A DNA stretch of 64,000 bases from an uncultured Flavobacteriaceae bacterium (lineage in GTDB: Bacteria; Bacteroidota; Bacteroidia; Flavobacteriales; Flavobacteriaceae): assembly GCA_963768245.1 (NCBI GenBank), contig CAVYHG010000021.1:34164-98163 (forward strand), given 5' to 3'. Positions 30,468-40,500 of this stretch are shown here, piece by piece. Each line of letters starts with the position of its first letter. Position 1 is the first letter of the stretch. Made by a program: the position numbers and the translations under genes. Below the pieces are notes generated by a model, which was given only the letters and a program-made list of their open reading frames with translations, searched no databases and had not been told where the DNA came from.

Positions 30468-31809
30468 ATGAAAAAATGCTTGTTTACCTTAGCTTCTTTT
30501 ATGCTGATCGTAGTATCTGCGACAGCCCAGGAAGTTAAATTTGAAGAATTTGATTTAGATAATGGCTTGCATGTTATCTTACACCAGGATAACACTGCTC
30601 CAGTAATAACTGTTGGTGTAATGCATGATGTTGGAGGAAAGGATCTTGGAGGAGACAATAATCCGGAGCGAACAGGTTTTGCTCATTTTTTTGAACATCT
30701 TTTGGCATCTGTACGAACAAAAAATATAGCAAAAGGTGATTGGAGGGAAATTCGAGCTGCTCATGGTGGGCAAGGTAATGCGAATACCTCTCTATGATCA
30801 GAACTTATTATTATCAAACTTTCCCTTCGAATAATTTGGAATTAGCTCTTTGGATGGAATCTGAACGTCTTCTGCATCCAATTATTGATCAAGATGCGTG
30901 TGGATACTCAAAATGAAGTAGTAAAAGAAGAAAAGCGTTTGCGTTATGATAATTCACCTTATGGTCAGATATTATTTGCAATTCAAGAAAATTTATTTAA
31001 AAAACATCCTTATAAGAATAAACATATTGGTGAAATGGATCATTTAGATGCTGCTACTTTAGAGGAATTTCAGGCATATTTTGACAAATGGTATGTGCCA
31101 AATAATGCCGTTTTGGTTGTTGCTGGTGATTTTGATACATACAAAACAAAAAAATTAGTTAAGGATTATTTCAGTGAAATTCAAGAGAAAAGACAAGCCG
31201 GTCAGAAATTTTCCAAAAGAAGAGCCAATTACAGAAACAATTATGCTAAATTTTACGATCCAAATATTCAAATTCCTGCTATATATGGCTAGCCTACCGA
31301 ACACCTCCTCAAACTGAAGCGCGACAATTATGTTCTTACAATGATCTCTTCATATTTGAGTGATGGTAAAAGTTCTGTTCTGTACAAAAAATTAGTTGAT
31401 GAGCAAAAGCAAGCCTTAGGAGTTCAGGCAGTAAACTTCAGCCAAGTTGATGGTGGTATTTATGCTTTGTTCGCTTTACCATTAGGTGATATAACATTAG
31501 AAGACCTATTAACAGAAATGGATGAAGAAATTGTAAAAATGCAAACAGAATTAATATCTGAAAGAGATTATCAAAAACTTCAAAATCAATTTGAAAATCA
31601 ATTTGTTAACTCCAATTCAAGTGTACAAGGGATTGCCAATTCATTGGCAAGATATTATATGCTATATGGTGATACGAATTTAATTAATAATGAAATTAGA
31701 TATTTACAGATCGATCACTCGGGAAGAAATTCAAAATGTGGCTAAAAAATATCTAAATCCAAATCAAAGAGTAGTCTTAGAATATTTACCTAAAGAAAAA
31801 GAACAATAA
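30468..31809 (+). pseudogene. M16 (pitrilysin) family zinc peptidase, several frame breaks
   Basis: Signal peptide, HFFEHL (HxxEH zinc motif). Fragments 30468-30797, 30885-31292 and 31341-31745, with several indels within about 100 nt around 30790-30890. Confidence 0.85.
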
Positions 31810-31815
31810 AATTTA

Positions 31816-33927
31816 ATGACATCAAAAAATATACAAATGAAAACTAAATTATTTGCATTAATTACACTGTTTTTATTATCAATAACGGTTAATGCCCAAA
31901 TTGATAGATCTAAACAACCAAAACCAGGACCAGCACCTAAAATTTCTTTGGAGGTACCTGCTGAATTTCAGCTTAAAAATGGATTGACAGTTTTAGTGGT
32001 AGAAAATCATAAATTACCAAGAGTCTCCTACTCTTTAACTATTAGATAATCCACCAATTATTGAAGGTGATAAAGCAGGTGTAGCCAGTTTATTAGGTGC
32101 CATGTTAGGAAATGGAACAACAAGCATACCAAAAGATGAATTTAATGAAGAAGTAGATTTTCTTAGGAGCTAATATTAAATTTTGGATCTCAAAGTGCTT
32201 CTGCAAGAGCATTAAGTAAATATGCTGACAGAATATTACAATTAATGGCAGATGCTGCAATTAATCCGCTATTAACTGAAGAAGAATTCCAAAAAGAAAA
32301 AGATAAACTAATTGAAGGACTTAAAACACAGGAAAAAAGTGTTGAAGCTGTTGCTAGATCGTGTTGGTAGTGCATTATCTTATGGAGTTAAACATCCTTA
32401 TGGAGAATTTATTACAGAGGAAACAGTTAACAATGTAACTCTTGATAATGTAAGAGCCTTTTATCAAAAGTATTTCACTCCAAACAATGCCTATTTGGTT
32501 GTTGTTGGTGATGTAGATCTAAAAACGGTAAAAAAACAAGTAAAAGAATACTTTGGTAGATTGGGAAAAATCTATTGATATTACGAATCCTGTTCCTGAA
32601 CCAAACAATAATGTACAATATACTCAGATCAATTTTGTGGATATGCCTAATGCAGTTCAATCTAACATTGTATTACAAACAATGTGAATTTAAAAATGAG
32701 TGATCCAGATTATCATGCAGTATTAATTGCTAATGCCATATTAGGTGGTGGTGGTACAGGTTACTTATTTAAAAATCTTACGAGAAGATAAGGGTTATAC
32801 TTATGGTTCATATTCTCGAATAGGAGACCGATCAAGATATGCTTCAAGATTTACGGCAACTGCTGAAGTAAGAAATGAAGTTACAGATAGCTCAGTTGTT
32901 GAAATTTTAAAAGAAGTTAATAGAATTAAAACAGAGTTGGTAGATGCTGATCAATTGAAAAATGCCAAAGCAAAATATGTTGGTAATTTTGTTATGAATG
33001 TAGAAAAACCTGAAACTGTTGCTCGTTATGCTTTAAATATTAAAACTGAAGATCTTCCTGCTGATTTTTACACAACCTATTTAGAAAAGATAAATGCAGT
33101 AACTGCAGAAGATGTAAAACGAGTAGCCAATAAATATTTTAAGTCTCAGAATGCCAGAATAATAGTTGTTGGTAAAGGCAGTGATGTTATAGGTAACCTG
33201 GAAAAAACAGGAATTCCTGTTATGTATTTTGATAAGTATGCAAATGCGACGGAAAAGCCAGAATTCTCAAAACCAATTCCTGATGGTGTTACTGCACAAA
33301 CAGTTATTGATAGTTATATTACAGCTATTGGAGGAACAGACAATGCAAAGACGTGTAAAATCAATTTTAATGCATGCAGATGTTACTATTGAAGGTGTTC
33401 CTTTTACTCCTAAAGCAGAAATAAAAATCATGTCTCCAAACAAAGAATCTATGGAAATGGCTGTTGAAGGAATGGGTGTATCTAATGAAACAAAAGATTT
33501 AATGGGACAACAGGCTATGCCGAACAAAGGGTATGAAAAAAGGAAATGACTGCAGAAGAAATTGCTGCTAAAAAAGGGTGAAAATTCTATTTTTCCTGAA
33601 TTGTATTATGATGCATCTAAAGTAAGTCTTAGAAAGCATTACAACTATTGATGGTAAAGATGTTTATAAGGTTAAGGTTGACAATGGTAAGAATCCATCA
33701 TTTAGATTTTACGATGTGGAAACAGGATTGCTAAATCGTGTTGAAACTACTGTTGAAGCTCAAGGACAATCCATGACTTCTGTTGTTAATTATTCTAACT
33801 ATTCACCTGTGGGTAATGTTACAGTATCCTTACAATATGTCTATAAAAACTGGACCACAAACCATTTTAATGAACATTAACAAATGTTAAAATTAATGAA
33901 GGTGTAACGGCTGAAGATTTTAATTAG
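31816..33927 (+). pseudogene. M16-family peptidase-like protein (partner subunit), many frame breaks
   Basis: Signal peptide (likely start MKTKLFALITLFLL at 31837). Fragments 31816-32049, 32312-32578, 32745-33392 and 33229-33549. No HxxEH motif seen. Confidence 0.72.
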
Positions 33928-33950
33928 AAAACTTAATTATAAATGCAACA

Positions 33951-33984
33951 AAAAGATCCGAAGTTAATAGCTTCGGATCTTTTA
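33951..33984 (+). terminator. intrinsic terminator after the M16 pair
   Basis: AAAAGATCCGAAG-ttaata-gCTTCGGATCTTTT. Confidence 0.75.
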
Positions 33985-34079
33985 TATTAACCTGATAATT
34001 TTTAGTACAGAAAATTTATTAGATTTGCAGCAAATATAAACGAACAATAAACGTTAAGGACTTAAACATTTTAAAACTT

Positions 34080-34572
34080 ATGAAAACAATTAGAAATATT
34101 CTTGCTCTTACAATGATGGTAGCCTTTGTAATGGCTTGTAAGAATGATGCCAAACCAGAAGTTAAAACTGTAGAAACAGAAACTACTGAGGTTAAAGCAT
34201 TAAATCCGGATGCAACCTATGCTAAAGCTGAGTTTACTGTGGAAGGTATGACCTGTGCTATTGGTTGTGCTGCAACAATTGAAAAGAAAATCGCTAAAAT
34301 GGAAGGTGTAAAATCTGCTAAAGTAGATTTTGACAAGAAACTTAGCTATGGTCGAATATGATGTTGAAAAAGTAAATCCAGACCTATTAGTCGAAACTGT
34401 TAAAAAGACTGGTGATACTTATTCTGTAACAGATATGAAAACTGTTGAGGATTTTGGAGCTGATGAAAACTCAACCGATGAAAAAAAAGCTGATCAGGCT
34501 AAAGCTAAAAAGGAAACGGCTTGTAAAGCCGATTGCAAAATGAATTGTTGTGCAAAAGAAGCTAAAGCTTAA
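34080..34572 (+). pseudogene. heavy-metal-associated (HMA) domain lipoprotein with Cys-rich tail, one frame break near 34344
   Basis: Lipobox-like VMAC|KND and GMTCAIGCAATIEKK. The junction reads aaa ctt [a] gct atg gtc gaa tat gat. The tail reads ...ACKADCKMNCCAKEAKA. Confidence 0.72.
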
Positions 34573-34591
34573 TAAACAATTTATATAGAAT

Positions 34592-34625
34592 AAAAAAACC
34601 CACTCAGATTGAGTGGGTTTTTTTA
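34592..34625. terminator. bidirectional intrinsic terminator (HMA gene / gldD)
   Basis: AAAAAAA-CCCACTC-agatt-GAGTGGG-TTTTTTT between convergent genes. Confidence 0.78.
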
Positions 34626-35207
34626 TTCTTTCCATTCTATTGTTTCCATAATCTGTTTAATATCTTTTTTTAAGTAATCTGCAGCTGGCAATATGGAATC
34701 GTAATTGGGTTTCGCATAGAAATATAACGAACCTATTAAAAAATGTTTTACACTATCTGTTACATAAAATTGCGATTGTGAAGCTGCATTACCACCAACT
34801 TCATAGAACATACCAAAAACTTTACGTGAGGCGTCTTCATAGACTTGTTCTATTATCTCATCTGCTTTTTTAGTATGCTCCTGTGTGAAATTTTGCGCAT
34901 CTCTTAAATACTTAGACAGATCATCTTTAGATTCAATCTTTTTATAAGTTAAATAAATGGTTCCTTTAAGTTTGGAGTATTCTATATTCAAGCCATAGCT
35001 TTCCTGAGAACCTTCCAATCTTTTATTGGTAATATCTGTAGCCAACATATTCTTTTCAAAAGTAAATGGTAATTCTGTATTTATAGAAACGTATTTGGCT
35101 TCTGGATATTCTAACCTCAGAAATGCCTTAGGTTTTGGCAAGGTATCATCTCCGCAGGAGAAGAAACAACAAATTAAGAGCAGTAGTACTATTTTATGTA
35201 AGTTCAT
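34623..35207 (-). CDS. gldD: gliding motility lipoprotein GldD
   Basis: 194 aa intact, lipoprotein signal ...CCFFSC|GDD, GldD-like sequence. Sits in the conserved mutY-ssb-gldE-gldD arrangement. Confidence 0.82.
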   Translation of the reverse strand: MNLHKIVLLLLICCFFSCGDDTLPKPKAFLRLEYPEAKYVSINTELPFTFEKNMLATDITNKRLEGSQESYGLNIEYSKLKGTIYLTYKKIESKDDLSKYLRDAQNFTQEHTKKADEIIEQVYEDASRKVFGMFYEVGGNAASQSQFYVTDSVKHFLIGSLYFYAKPNYDSILPAADYLKKDIKQIMETIEWKE

Positions 35208-35228
35208 AACTTTGGCTAAAAAATCAGA

Positions 35229-36538
35229 TTAAGGTATGGTCACTTTTATTCGTTTCAATCTTTTTTTATCCAATGCTTCTATAGTAAAAACGTAATTTTC
35301 AAAATTTATTTTACTATTCTTCTTTGGGAAACTTCCTGAAATTTCCAAAACAAATCCTGCAATAGTTTCTGCTTCTCCTTTATTTTCTTCGAAAATAGAT
35401 TCATCTTCTAATTTTAACACACGATAAAAATCCTTTAAAGGCGTTTTACCTTCAAAAACATAATTTTTGTTATCAAGTTTAGAATAAATCAAGATCATCA
35501 TCATCAAACTCATCGCTAATATCTCCTACAATTTCTTCAATTATATCTTCTAAAGAAACGAATCCAGAGGTTCCTCCATATTCATCAACCACAACTGCAA
35601 GATGTACTTTTTTTTCTTGAAATTCAACCATTAGATCATCTAATTTCTTGTTTTCTGGCACAAAAAATGGCTCTCTTAATTATAGTTGTCCAGTTAAATT
35701 TTTTTTTATCTATATGTGGAAATAGATCTTTAACATACAAAACTCCAATAATAGTATCGACATTTTCTTTATAAACCGGAATTCTGGAAAACCCATTACT
35801 AATTACTTCTGGAATGATCTCTTCAAATGACATATCCTCACTTAATGCAAAAATATCTATTCTCGGACGCATCACTTGTTTTGTATCTGTATTTCCAAAA
35901 GACACAATTCCTTTTAATATTTTTTGTTCTTCTTTTGTGGTATCTTCTTCACTGGTTAGTTCTAGGGCTTGAGACAATTGATCAACACTTAAATTAGATT
36001 TTTGCTTTACCTAATTTATTATGAATTGCTATGGTAATACTTCGCATTGGCAAACTTAAAGGTGAAAATACTACATCTAAAACCTTTAATGGATATGCCA
36101 TAAATGTGGCAAATTTTACATTATTTCTACTGGCATAAATTTTTGGTAAAATTTCACCAAATAATAAGATTAAAAAGGTAATTACAACAACTTCAACTAA
36201 AAATTTTATAGCTATTGATGAAATACCTGTTAAATATAAAATTACCTAAATAAGCAAACAAAATAACAATACCAATATTTATAAAATTATTGGCAACAAG
36301 AATTGTTGCCAATAATTTTTTTGGTCTGTTCTAATAAGTTTGGAAATTATTTTCAATTGCCTTGATTCTGTCTTCAAACCTTCTTCAATATCGGATTTAG
36401 TTAATGAAAAAAATGCAACTTCTGCTCCAGAAATTAAGCCGAACAAAGCAATAGAACAAAAAGTAAAACAAAGCCAACAATTAAAGATATATCTATTGCT
36501 GATAAAATTGATAATAAACTCGAGGGTTCAGGATCCAA
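35229..36538 (-). pseudogene. gldE: gliding motility-associated protein GldE (CNNM/CorC-type: TM domain + CBS pair + CorC_HlyC), 4 or more frame breaks
   Basis: Fragments 35229-35513, 35479-35661 and 35636-35977, plus N-terminal TM region frames up to the TTG at 36536-36538 ((M)DPEPSSLLSILSAIDISLIVGF...). Confidence 0.8.
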
Positions 36539-36567
36539 TTTAATTAAGTTGGTTAAACAATAAATAT

Positions 36568-37013
36568 TAAAAAGGTAAATCGTCATCATCACCAATAGGC
36601 TCGTTAACTTCATCGTGCTGTGGCTGAGGTTTTTGAGTTTGCTGATTTTGAATTGGCTGATTCCTTCACTTTCTTTTTTAGTAGTTAAAAATGTAAAATC
36701 TGTACAATGAATTTCTGTTGAGTATCGATCATTACCTTTATCATCTTGCCATTTTCGTGTTTTTATTCGACCTTCAATATAAACCTTATCACCTTTGCTT
36801 AAATATTTTTCACAAATTTCAGCAGCTTTATTTCTCACTACAATATTATGCCATTCGGTATTAGTTACACGCTCATTTGTTTGCTTATTGGTATAAGTTT
36901 CATTTGTTGCCAAAGGAAAACGTCCAACACAATCTTCCTCCTTCAAAATAATGCATTTTTACTTCATCTCCCAAATGCCCAATAAGCATTACTTTATTTA
37001 ATGTTCCTGACAT
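36568..37013 (-). pseudogene. ssb: single-stranded DNA-binding protein, 2 frame breaks
   Basis: MSGTLNKVMLIGHLGDEVKMHYFEGG / ...RFPLATNETYTNKQTNERVTNTEWHNIVVRNKAAE... / C-terminus ...QPQHDEVNEPIGDDDDLPF, recovered in a third frame. Confidence 0.88.
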
Positions 37014-37093
37014 AATTATATTAATTTAATTCCTAAGCAAAATTAATGCTTTGTTTTACACTAATCTTAAATATAATAAAAATTTATAAGTAG

Positions 37094-38137
37094 TTAAAAA
37101 TTAAATTCGTTTATAAAATTATTTATTAGAATTGGAACCGGATAAGACTTTAGTTCTTAACAGGAATATCCTTTATTGTTAAGATTATCTATATTAACAA
37201 TCCAAAATTTAGTATAAAATGTTGATGAGATAATTTATGAATTAATTTCTTATTATATAATTCTGATAATTGAATACTTCTTTACCGTTTACCATCTTCA
37301 TGAATTCCTGGTTTTTCTTTATTAGAGTAAGATTAACTACTTTGGATGTTTCAATTAAAGGAAATTGATAAAGATTTTGCCAAATACCATTTCCCATTTC
37401 GTTTCTCAATAATTGTTTTCTTGATCTTCGGATAAAAAGACCAAAAAATTAAAATATCTTTTATTGACTTTTGTTACTTTTTAATTTTACAGGTAATTCT
37501 CTGACTTAAATTAGTTTGTAATGCCACACATTTATTATTGAATGGACAATTAGTACAATCTGGATTTTTCGGTTTACATTGTCTGGAACCAAACTCCATA
37601 ATTGCTTGGTTAAAATCTGCAGGTTATTTTTAACATCAATAAGTTGTTGGCTAAATCTTTAAACTCCTTTTATCCTTTGTTGAATTAATAGGAGTTCTAA
37701 TCCCAAAGTATCTGGACAAGGACTCTATACACATTACCATCTACAACTGCAGTTGCCTCATTAAAACAAATAGAAGCAATGGCACTTGCTGTATAATCAC
37801 CAACACCTTTTAATTTTAATAAATCTTTATAGTTATTAGGAAATTCACCATTTAATTCATTAACAATATATTTAGCAGAAACATGTAGATTTCTAGCTCT
37901 GGAATAATAACCCAAGTCCTTGCCAAAGTTTTAAAACGTCTTCTTCATTTGCATTTGCAAGATCAAAAACAGTGGGAAATTAGTAACAAAAGCTTGTAAT
38001 ATGGAATCCTTGTTTTACTTGTGTTTGTTGTAAAATAATTTCTGACAACCAAATATAATATGGATTTTTAGTTTCTCGCCAAGGCAGATCTCGTTTATTA
38101 TACTGAGTACCAATTAATTAAGTTTATTGTAAAATTC
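37094..38137 (-). pseudogene. mutY: A/G-specific adenine glycosylase MutY, many frame breaks
   Basis: N-terminus [41 protein letters not shown] (re-framed). HhH fragment 37697-37915 (GYYSRARNLH...LKGVGDYTASAI). Cys cluster CKPKNPDCTNCPF. NUDIX-like C-terminus ending ...INEFNF. Confidence 0.8.
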
Positions 38138-38227
38138 ATTTATTTTTTAAAGTATTAATGCAAAAATAATCGTTTATAATCTTAAATTTTAATGAATTAG
38201 GTTTGAAATATTGAATATTAAAATAAA

Positions 38228-38235
38228 TATATTTG
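38228..38235 (+). promoter_or_regulatory. candidate Bacteroidetes -7 promoter box upstream of the HU gene
   Basis: TATATTTG matches TAnnTTTG, about 40 nt upstream of the HU ATG. Confidence 0.3.
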
Positions 38236-38276
38236 CATCCCTTATAATAAATAGATAACCCTAAAAATAAATAACA

Positions 38277-38567
38277 ATGACTAAAGCTGATTTAGTAGCA
38301 AAAATTTCTGAAAAATTAGGAATAGAAAAAGGAGATGTACAGGCAACTGTAGAAACATTTATGAAAGAAGTAAAAACTTCTTTAGAAAGTGGAGATAATG
38401 TTTATTTAAGAGGATTTGGAAGTTTTATTATTAAAACAAGAGCAGAAAAAACAGGTAGAAATATTTCAAAAAATACTACTATTAAAATTCCTGCACACAA
38501 CATTCCTGCTTTTAAACCTGCAAAAGTATTTGTAGAAGGTGTAAAAACTAATGTTGAAGTAAAATAA
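38277..38567 (+). CDS. HU/IHF-family DNA-binding protein
   Basis: 96 aa intact. MTKADLVAKISEKLGIEKGDV...YLRGFGSF..K.RAEKTGRNI is the typical HU fold signature. Confidence 0.88.
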   Translation: MTKADLVAKISEKLGIEKGDVQATVETFMKEVKTSLESGDNVYLRGFGSFIIKTRAEKTGRNISKNTTIKIPAHNIPAFKPAKVFVEGVKTNVEVK

Positions 38568-38603
38568 CTTAAACAGAAATATTAATTTAAAAAAATTTAA
38601 TTT

Positions 38604-38696
38604 ATGCCAAGTGGTAAAAAACGAAAAAGACACAAGGTAGCAACGCATAAGCGTAAAAAACGTAGACGCGCTAATCGTCACAAAAAAAATAAATAG
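38604..38696 (+). CDS. 30-codon highly basic micro-ORF, bS22-like ribosomal protein candidate
   Basis: Not in the track (under 60 aa). The region atg..tag encodes MPSGKKRKRHKVATHKRKKRRRANRHKKNK, with K/R/H making up about two thirds. It sits between HU and rne and is followed by a hairpin. Confidence 0.55.
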   Translation: MPSGKKRKRHKVATHKRKKRRRANRHKKNK

Positions 38697-38698
38697 TT

Positions 38699-38731
38699 GA
38701 AAAAGTAGTTTTATAACTACTTTTTCAGTTT
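38699..38731 (+). terminator. hairpin after the micro-ORF
   Basis: GAAAAAGTAGTT-ttat-AACTACTTTTTC. The T-run is mostly inside the stem, so this would be a weak terminator. Confidence 0.4.
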
Positions 38732-38876
38732 ATATAAAAATCGTTCTTTGAAATTATAGTTTTTAAATAGTTACTATTCCTTGATTATTTAAATATTACA
38801 CAGATTAAAAATCCTGTGATCAAAAAATATGTATAATCCATCTGTCACAAATACGTGATGGATAAAAATTAACAAA

Positions 38877-40436
38877 ATGAATAAAGAATTAATTATTCGA
38901 TCTAGTTCTAGACAATGTTGATTTTGCCTTATTAAAAGATGGAAAACTTATTGAATTACATAAAGATGAAGATGATAACAACTTTTCTGTTGGTGATGTG
39001 TTTATTGCCAAAATACGAAAAGCTGTTCCTGGTCTAAATGCTGCATTTGTTAATGTAGGCTATGAAAAAGATGCATTTTTGCATTATCATGATTTAGGAC
39101 CAAAATTACCTTCTCTTTTAAAATTCATAAAACGTGTAAGCACAGGTAAACTTAAAGATTATTCTTTAAAAAATTTCCCATTTGAAAAAGATATTGATAA
39201 AGACGGAAGCATTGCTGACGTCTTAAAATCAAATCAATCTATATTAGTACAAATAGTAAAAGAACCAATATCTACCAAAGGACCACGAATTAGCTCAGGA
39301 GCTTTCTATTGCTGGTAGATATATTGTTTTAGTTCCTTTTTCTGATCGAATTTCAATTTCTCAAAAAATTGAAGAGCAAAGAAGAAAAAGACCGATTAAA
39401 ACGACTTGGTTAAAAGTATTACACCAAAAGGATTTGGTGTTATTATTCGTACTGTAGCAGAAGGCAAAAAAGTAGCCGAACTAGATAAAGATTTACAAAA
39501 TTTGCTTAGTCGATGGACAGCAATGTGTAAAAAATTACATAAAGCACATCATCCTAGCTAAAGTATTAGGAGAAATGAATAAAGCATCTTCAATTTTAAG
39601 AGATATTTTTAATGATTCTTTTTCAAGTATTGTTGTAGATGATGAAGACGCTTTACATTCAAATTAAAGATTATGTGCAAGAAATTGCACCAAAAAAAGA
39701 ATCAATTGTTAAGTTGTATCAAGTCTAATGTTCCAATTTTTGAAAAATATGGAATTGAAAGACAAATTAAAACCTCTTTTGGTAAAACCGTTTCTATGGC
39801 AAAAGGTGCTTATTTGGTTATAGAACATACCGAAGCACTTACATGTTATAGATGTAAATAGTGGTAATCGATCTAACAAAGCGAAAAACCAAGAGGATAC
39901 TGCATTAGAAGTTAATTTAATTTCTGCTAGCAGAAATTGCCCGACAATTACGTTTACGTGATATGGGAGGCATTATTGTTATCGATTTTATTGATCATGG
40001 CTAATGCAGAAAACAGAAAAAAACTTTACAATCATCTTAAGAGATGAAATGAAAGATGATAGAGCAAAACACAAAATATTACCTCCAAGTAAATTTGGAT
40101 TGATACAAATTACCAGACAACGAGTAAGACCAGAAATGAACATTAAAACCAGAGAAGAAAATCCTGATGGTGTTAATGGTGACTGAAGTTGAAGCACCAA
40201 TTGGAATTGTGTCAGAAAATTACTCACGATCTAGAACAACTTATTAAAAAAGACTATAAAAAGGTGACTTTAAACACACATCCTTTTATAGCAGCCTTTT
40301 TAACAAAAGGTTTTCCATCTATACGTTCAAAATGGTTTTTTGAACACAAAAAATGGGTAAAAATTTTACCAAGAGATGCTTACACGTATCTTAGAATATC
40401 ATTTTTTTGATAAAAATGGTAATCAAATTAAATAAA
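38877..40436 (+). pseudogene. rng: ribonuclease E/G family protein, 8 or more frame breaks
   Basis: MNKELIIRSSS / DNVDFALLKDGKLIELH...VGDVFIAKIRKAVPGLNAAFVNVGYEKDAFLHY (S1 domain), ...GFGVIIRTVAEGK..., ...GLIQITRQRVRPE... Each is read in successive frames. Confidence 0.85.
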
Positions 40437-40487
40437 AAAAGCCTTTACAATCCCGATAACTATCGGGAGTAAAGGCTTTTTTTATTT
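40437..40487. terminator. bidirectional nested-hairpin terminator (rne / T9SS cargo gene)
   Basis: AAAAAA-GCCTTTAC-a-aTCCCGATAacTATCGGGAg-TAAAGGC-TTTTTTT. Confidence 0.75.
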
Positions 40488-40500
40488 TTATATTTTACAA

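Noticed and set aside
36434-36946. 170-aa ORF in the track that looks like a novel SSB fusion protein with a hydrophobic tail.
   Set aside because: It is a chimera. The ssb OB-fold reads through a frameshift, bypasses its real DDDDLPF C-terminus (recoverable in another frame, stop at 36568) and continues into the N-terminal TM region of gldE.
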